From: Octopus sinensis
Taxonomy: Eukaryota
Assembly: GCF_006345805.1 (NCBI RefSeq)
Contig: NC_043005.1
Location: forward strand, 69,936,001-70,000,000
Direction of reading: 5' to 3'
Length of the DNA: 64,000 nucleotides
Made by a program: the position numbers and the translations under genes. The notes below the pieces were generated by a model. That model searched no databases, had not been told where the DNA came from, and worked only from the letters and a program-made list of their open reading frames with translations. Below, piece after piece: positions 56,700 through 64,000 of this stretch (the stretch's first letter is position 1; every line of letters begins with the position of its first letter).

Positions 56700-59100
56700 A
56701 TAGCTAAATATATAACTTTGTATTACGATTAAATATCATGCTGGATTATTCTACAACTCCCAAGAGAATTTCTCACAGCAAGACGTAATTTCTTAATGAT
56801 ATAATGAAGTTTGTGTGTTTCAGCCCTCCTCCAAAACATCTTTTCCTTGAAACAACATTATTCTATTCTGAATTATGCTGCACCTATTAGAAATAAACGA
56901 GTAAGAGGAATGGTTTTAAACGTCTTCGTATTTTGCATAATCATACAGTGAAGAAGAATTAATGCAATACGAGCACCCAAACTTTCAATTCGTAGTCAAA
57001 CCTCCTTCTAACATTTGAGGCTGGAAGCATTCTATTTCTATAACAAATCTATAACATTACACAACAAATGTGCAGCAGTCTAGAAGTTAAATGTAGGCAC
57101 CAGAATCAAAGATTTTTGTTAGATTTGAAGATGTTCGTTAACTTTGTTTCTAAAAGAAGAACATGGAATCATTGGTTTAGAGTTGTATTTGATCAATGAG
57201 TTGAAAATGCACCTCGTTAAGTTTTAATAAGAAGAAATGTCATAATCATTCGCCAAAGTTCAAAGACTGCCAAATAATATTTGAAGTTTCCAAGAAAAAT
57301 GTTAATGTTCTTACTTTGATCCTTTGATCTCATGACTCATTTCTCTGGATAAAATTCAATTGAATATTTGAAGAAAGTTCTTTGCTGTGATTTTATATTC
57401 TTGTTAGTGCGGTGACTGTGTGAGTGTGGGTGACAAACAGAAATATTCATAAAATTTACAAATAGTAAATTAATTCTACCGTTCGATAATTTATCTCATT
57501 CTATATCTTTCACAACAGGTCCTCCTCTGTGAATTTATTGCTAAACTCTCAGACACATTTGAAGATGCAAATATTCAAATATACACAAATATTATAAATC
57601 TTAGTCCGCCAGAACAAGGTCAAACTTTAGATCAGTATTTTGAATTTTGAATAATTTGAAGAAATTTTGACCGCATTATTGTTCTTCAGCTTTATTAACT
57701 AATGACATGATTGGTTGGTTTCATTTCGTGTCTTATGGGATTGCTTAAAGGTTAGCATACACATGAACTATTTCAAGTAAAATGTGTTGATGAATGGGCT
57801 ATTCGTGGTGATAATTTGTTTAAACAAAGAATATCAATGAGTAAAAATATAGTGTCTTAAAGCTTTATATTTCAGTATAGTATTCAATTTTTCACAGTTG
57901 TTAGAAGACACATATATTTGGCAAACGGATATTTCTTAATATATCGTGATTCAACAATTACAATGTGCATTTGAAATATATATATATATATACAGACGCA
58001 TTTTAGAATTAGCTGAAATACTTTGTGTTTGATAAATAGTGAAAGAGACAGACTGATGTGTTATAATAAGCAGAGCGCGCTGTGGACAGTTAGAAAATGT
58101 TTTTCAACATCATGTGTACTCATTGAATGCTCTTCGCAAATATTATACACATCGATATTAAAATTTAACTGTTTCAGGCTGGTATTTTGATTTAATTTTC
58201 CCGAGTACTTTTCTCATGATTTCGTTGATATTTTGCTCATAATTTCTATATAGCAAAGAATACTTTTCGACATGGCTTCGAACGTTGGCGGATGTCTGTA
58301 ACTTAGTATCCTGATGAGGTCAAAACAGTGAGTTGGAAGATCAACTGACGATAGTCTAAGTGTTTCTTCCTGGTTTTATACAAGTCCTTTTAACAAGTTT
58401 CTCTGAAACAAAATATAATATCTAATACAGCCCGATATATGTGTAAGGTTGTACGTTTTATGAAAATTGCTATTTTCATCTAACAGTGTTTCTCCTTCGC
58501 ATATTGAGTTAATATATTCATATTTCTTATTAGCACAAAACTGATTTCAGGCCGCACTTTGTACATGTAATATTCTTTTCGTGACAGCAAAACCGAAATC
58601 AACATCAATTTCAATATCAGAAAAAATGATAATGCTGCAGATACATATTGAAACAATGTTGAAACCACGTCTACAATTATGAAAGGTTAAATTGACAATT
58701 TGAAGTGAAAACAAACTGAGGTTTACAGCATGATGTGAACATGTAGATCAACCGATTCTGTTACAGAAGCATTTTCCTGAAATGTGTGTCTGAGTTTCTG
58801 ATACGGACATATGTAGGAATTATATCATGGCTGCTTTGATCGTTGTATTTAGTAAAACAGCATGGGTGACTACACGTTGGTTTGCTTGTTGATTTGCAAT
58901 ATGGAACGTTTCAGGCAACACGAAATTGCTGCTAAGAAACAATGCATAATAAAGTTAATTATGATAAAACTGGAAAGATATTGGAAGGCTTCAACACACA
59001 AACAACAACTAACTGAAAATCTGAAGTCAGGTAGAATTTATCAAACACAACCGGTTTTCCTCTTAATGTGTTTCGAAATTTTTGCTCGTCAATTATTTAC
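56700..59100 (+). pseudogene. Possible ancient L1/Tx1-like LINE remnant
   Basis: Near 57650-57830: NLKK-FDRI (cf. DxxKAFDRI), GFISCLMGLLK, VLMNG in RT order; otherwise stop-riddled. Boundaries uncertain. Confidence 0.3.
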
Positions 59101-59870
59101 AGCCTTTAGTATCTGGTTACATTCTCATTCCACTAAATAGTTAACTTCATTACTAACAAAATAGCAACGCACGAAGTATTCTGCTGTTTTTTTTTTTTTA
59201 CCTTTTATACGTTAAAGTTTCTTTCTTTGTGTTTTTTTTTCCACTCCCAACCACTGAAGTTACTATGTTTTAGTTCTCTGAAAATTAAATACAGAATAAA
59301 ATTTGTTTAGCTTGACTGGAAACCAGTTCTCGCATCCTTAATGAGCGAACTGGAATCGAGGAAATGGAATATTCTACTTTACACCTGTCATACCATTTTA
59401 ATTGGATACTAAGACAGCTGAGTTAATTATACTTCTAGTTAGAAATGTCAAAATATTTTCATTTATTATATATTTTTCAGTTGTTGACCTTTTACATCTG
59501 CTTAGCCCCTACTTTAAAAGTATTGTAGAAATAATTTTTTAATGCTATTATAATACTGCAATAAATCATATTGATTTTTTTTAAACTCTGGAAAAAAGCC
59601 ACTGTTTATAGTCTTCGAACATAGTCAAATGAATTGATGTCAGTACATTGCTATCAATATTCTATAGACTGAAAGAATTAACAGCAGTGCTAATCCGTAT
59701 AAATTTCATATAACGTGAGATATCTAAATAGAGCAACGGCTGTCTATAATTTTACTATTCACCACTATTCTGCTATAAATATTTTGTTAATTTTTGGAAC
59801 AATACATTTTTCTCTTTACCTGGGTATTTTGTGCTCAATATTAGATATATTTCCCTGAAATAAGTTATGA

Positions 59871-59911
<41 letters not shown>

Positions 59912-60329
59912 AATACATTAACAGACGCAAATACACAGACCCCTACAGACGTATATATATATACATACATAGATACATACATACATATATATATTATATA
60001 TATATATTAATAAAAGTGTAAAATTAATTAATTAACCATTTAATTAATTAATAATTAAAATTTTTTACCTACAGAAAAAATATGCATATATTTCTTAACA
60101 ATCCACAAATTAAAATTTTGTTTCAAAATATCAAAATATTTTAAAATTCTCCTAATGCTATGAATTTTTCAGCTTTAACACTAGAGGAATATTTAATATT
60201 CTTTAAGCAATGGTCGGTCAGAGTTGTATATATAATATACATTCATTTCCGTATGTATTTTGTAGGTTGATACTAATAATTTCCTTCAATTTTTCTGTTA
60301 CACTTTTGCAACAGAATCCGTTCGCATAC

Positions 60330-61000
60330 TTCCATAGCATTTCATAAATGTTTGATTTAAACGAGTATCATCTTAACATTCTCCAGTATATCTCAAATGA
60401 GTTCTAGCTCAAGATTTATTGACCATAATCTTACGTGTACCATCTAGCAGAGTTTTACGCTCCAATTTTAATTCGCCGTATCCTTCTTTCTAAACTGCTC
60501 TTTCATGTTTGTGTCATTTATCTTATCCAGTTCTGCTATACGTAAGTAATTATATTCTTGATATATCTACTTGATTCATGAATTCCGACCTGGTAATTGC
60601 ATCACATTATTTCGCACCATCTTTCTTCCCTTATTTATTAAAGCTCCACGCTTTTTAATCACAAATCGATCCTAATATCTTTACTCATTCCAGATCATCT
60701 TTGTGGTAACGTATCTGTTTGATCTTCCTTCTTTATGAATAGTTTCAAGTCATCCATAAACAGGTGATTTATTTTATGCTTCTTTATTAATAATATAACA
60801 ATTCTCTTACTTGTATTTCTAGCAATGTTAAAATATCCTTACGTGTCAAACAAAGCAAATGATACAAGCCATCAAGCTGATGGCTTCTGCCAGGCTGATA
60901 AAATATTGCTCATCTCTTCAGTACAATAGCTTTCATTTGTTTTTCGTTTCTTATAACTTCTGTTGTATGCGTCATATCTACACTGCATAATGTAGAAATA
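60330..61000 (-). mobile_element. Decayed Dong/R4-like LINE RT fragment
   Basis: Minus: KINHLFMDDLK (catalytic YxDD-equivalent) and YNYLRIAELDKI (cf. YKYLGI). Confidence 0.7.
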
Positions 61001-61059
61001 ACTACCACTGCCATATATATTATCAAAACGGCAAAGTATCATCCTTATAATTAATACTA

Positions 61060-61137
61060 TTGATGTTGTTGTTATTGTGTTTATTATTACAATTGTTGTT
61101 GTTAATATTATAATCCTCATTTTTATTATTATTATTA

Positions 61138-61192
<55 letters not shown>

Positions 61193-61196
61193 GATA

Positions 61197-61235
<39 letters not shown>

Positions 61236-61542
61236 ATTATTATTATTATTATTATTGTTGTTGTTGCTGTTGTCATTATTATTATTATTACTATTGTTGC
61301 TGTTGTTGTTGTTGTCATTATTATTATTATTAATATTATTATTATTATCATTATTATTATTAGTATTGTTGTTGTTGTTCTTGTTGTTGTCATTTTTATT
61401 ATTTTCAATATTTTTATTATTATTATCATTATTATTTTTAGTATTATTATTATTATTATTATTGTTGTTGTTGTCATTATTATCATTATTATTAGTAGTA
61501 GTATTAGTTTTATTGTTGTTGTTGTTGTTGTTGTTATTATTA
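61060..61542. repeat. Compound (ATT)n/(GTT)n trinucleotide array
   Basis: ~480 bp seen directly. Confidence 0.95.
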
Positions 61543-61546
61543 TAAA

Positions 61547-61755
61547 GGCGGTGAACTGGCAGAATCGTTTGGAAGCCGGGTGAAATGCTTAGCGGTATTT
61601 CGCCCGTCGCTACGTCATCAGTTCAAATTCCGCCGAGCTCAAATTTGCCTTTCATCCTTTCGAATTCGATAAATTAAGTACCTGTCGAGTACTGCGGTTG
61701 ATGTAATTGACTGTCCCCTGCCCATGAAATACAACCCGTGTGCCTATAGTAGAAA
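61547..61755 (+). mobile_element. Family B SINE, full length
   Basis: GGCGGTGAACTGGCAGAATCGTT...GTTCAAATTCCGCCGAG...TTTGCCTTTCATCCTTTCG...TGTGCCTATAGTAGAAA. Confidence 0.88.
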
Positions 61756-61779
61756 TGATAATTATTTTATTATTATTAA

Positions 61780-62815
61780 TATTAATATTCCTTCGTAACA
61801 CAGTGTAGGTAAAAATGCACCGGAGACTTTAGACACCTGTCAAGTCATAAGAGCCTCAGACATATAATATCTTCATTAAGATATGCACTGTTCCCAATAA
61901 GGCTGCTTTTTGCAACACATCAATCTTTCATGGGATTTCCAGTTACCTTAAGAAGTTTTGAAGTTTCAATGGGATTGAGCCCACCGCTCCGTTAACCTCT
62001 GCTATCATTATTACATTACCCTCTCACATCCCATAGATTCTTGCCATTTCCAATTTGGAGTATTTAGTGATTTGGTATGGCTACATCGATGGTCTGACAG
62101 TATTTGTTTCTCTTATTCAATATCACAATATCCGGCCGACGTTGTTCGATTACGCGATCCGTCTGAAAATAATATTTGCCCTGAAGGGGCTTTTCTTGCC
62201 AACGGTTTATCATGATCCGTTGGTCTTCTAGTTTTAGTTTGGATTTCCGTTGTTTTACAGCTTTTGTTGTTGCTTCTTCTTCTTCATAATTGTTGGTTAC
62301 TATGACTTCTTTTTTTATATTTGTCAGCTTCCTTAAATACTGAAAACAGATTTTTGTTTTGTGGCTATTTGTATTAGTTTTTCTTGCTTCTGAAGTAGGT
62401 ATTCCTGAATTTCTATGCAGGTTATTTTGTAATAGCTTTCTTGCTGTATAAGGTCACTACCACCGTCAATATGTTGTCTGTATTATATATAGACTTTCTA
62501 TGTCAGAATTGTTTGGGGGCATGCTAATTCTTATCATTAATTTTGCACTCCTGTCCATTTTGATTAGTTCATTTAGAGTCCAGTTAAGAATTTTGTAGCT
62601 GTAGCTTAAAACTCGGACAGTTAAGGTTTTGAAACCTATTATCTTGATTTTTGCACTGAGCTCTGTTTTCCGCATTAATCCTATTCTTTTATTGTAATCC
62701 CTTTTCATCCCCCCTTTCATTTGTGTGTTTAATCGTATCTTGTTCATTGATTCCTAAATATTTGTATCTCTGGCTTTGGTCTCATTCTGTTATTTCATTT
62801 GCTTTATCCTATTAC
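61780..62815 (-). mobile_element. Older Dong/R4-like LINE fragments (thumb region joined to an RLE 3' end)
   Basis: Minus: TELSAKIKIIGFKTLTVRVLSYSYKILNW, KRWQEKPLQGKY, FQTDRVIEQRRPDIVI...IDVAIP, DVLQKAALLGTVHIL; 62220-62460 is homologous to 63780-64000. Confidence 0.85.
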
Positions 62816-62819
62816 TTTT

Positions 62820-64000
62820 ATCATCATCATCATCATCATTATTATTATTATTATTATTATTATTCAGTAGTTTTATTTTTATAGCGTGCTTTCACTTCAC
62901 TACCGAGCGCAGCTCTGTGTGCCTTGGGTATGTGCTGTGATTTGTTGTGATGCTCTGATGGTTATTGTATGGAAAGTGTTCTGCGTAGGATGTGCAGTGC
63001 CTAGTAGTGCAATTTTCTGTATGTTATATGTGTTTGTAAGTCCTGGTGTTTTTGTTATGTATTTGTCTGAATATTTATTTATCATGCCTAATGCACCTAC
63101 TATGATAGGAATTGTTTCTGTTTTCAGGTTCCACATTCTAGTTAACTCTATTTCCAGGTCTTTGTATTTTGAGAGTTTCTCCATTTCTTTTAGAGACACG
63201 TTGTCATCTGCCGGTATTGATACATCAATTAGAAAGCATTTTTTTTCTTCATGATCTCTGACAACTATATCTGGTCTGTTGGCCTTAATTTCTCTGTCTG
63301 TGTGTATCGGCATATCCCAGAGTATGGTTGCTTTCTCGTTTTCTGTGACCTTTTCTGGTGTGTGCTTATACCATCTTTTTTCTGTTGTTATTCTATAATG
63401 TTGGCATAGCTTCCAATGTATGTAGGTTCCAACTCTATCATGTCTGTGAATATATTCCTTCTTAGCCAGGACTGGGCAGCTAGAGATAATATGATTTATT
63501 GTTTCTTGTCCATCTCCACATATTCTGCAGTTAATTGTAATATTTCGTTTCATTACATGTTTTTGGTAATTTCTGGTGGGGAGGCTTTGGTCTTGTGGTG
63601 CAATTAAAAATCCCTCTGTTTCTGCTTTGAGTCGTGAGCTTCTCAACCATTGCTGGGATTTTTCTTTGTCTATTTCTTTTGCGTTTAGTTTAGTGCAGTA
63701 TTTACCATGAAGGGGCTTTTCTTGCCATCGTTTTATCATGGATCGTTGCTGTTCTATTTTTAGTTTGGATTTCATTTGTTTTATAGCTTTTGTTGTTTCT
63801 TCATCATCTTCTTCTTCTTCTTTGTGTTTATTAGGTGGTATGATTTCTTGTTTGTATTTGTCAGCTTCCTTAAATACTGAGAACAGTTTTTTGTTTTGCT
63901 CGTGTTTTGCTGCTATCTGGATCAGTTTTCCTTCCTTCTGAAGTAGGTATTTTTGCAGTCATATGGTGGTTATTTTATAGTAGTTTTCCAGCTGTATAAG
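62820..64000 (-). mobile_element. Dong/R4-clade non-LTR retrotransposon 3' end (CCHC zinc knuckle plus restriction-like endonuclease), continues beyond the window
   Basis: ORF 62900-63775: CRICGDGQETINHIISSC, RHD, RPDIVV...LIDVSIP, KLSKY, IIVGALG, QKIALLGTAH; 3' end abuts (TAA)n/(TGA)n at ~62820-62863. Confidence 0.93.

Noticed and set aside
57519-57650. Possible exon after a pyrimidine-rich CAG (VLLCEFIAKLSDTFEDANIQ...)
   Set aside because: No good splice donor, ends in a stop, and lies next to RT-like remnants.
58300-58365. CTGATGA followed by GGTC...GAC as a possible hammerhead
   Set aside because: Followed by GATA rather than GAAA, with no consistent helix I/III register.
60872-61583. 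168-204 aa I/N/T/V-rich ORFs resembling membrane proteins
   Set aside because: Translations of the ATT/GTT trinucleotide array.

Overview
AT-rich, intergenic or intronic eukaryotic DNA. Its SINE families and dense (AT)n/(AC)n/(AAT)n microsatellites strongly suggest an octopus (coleoid cephalopod) genome; this is recognition from memory, not a database result. I can support no intact cellular gene, and nearly all ORF-track entries are microsatellite translations or transposon fragments. The window is a mobile-element graveyard: Chapaev3 (CMC), piggyBac, Tc1, mariner, hAT MITEs, a non-autonomous Helitron, several Dong/R4 RLE-type LINEs (the best preserved at 62.8-64 kb), CR1/Jockey-like LINEs and many tRNA-derived SINEs. 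The most interesting unexplained signal is RNA structure: (1) a nested cluster of three type I hammerhead ribozyme motifs at 27.9-28.6 kb, (2) an element at 56.2-56.6 kb coupling a tRNA-like Pol III promoter to a minimal hammerhead (retrozyme/Penelope-SINE-like), (3) another decayed hammerhead at 17.0 kb, and (4) a densely structured, G-U strand-biased ~200-nt RNA-like segment at 1.76-1.97 kb inside a palindromic repeat.
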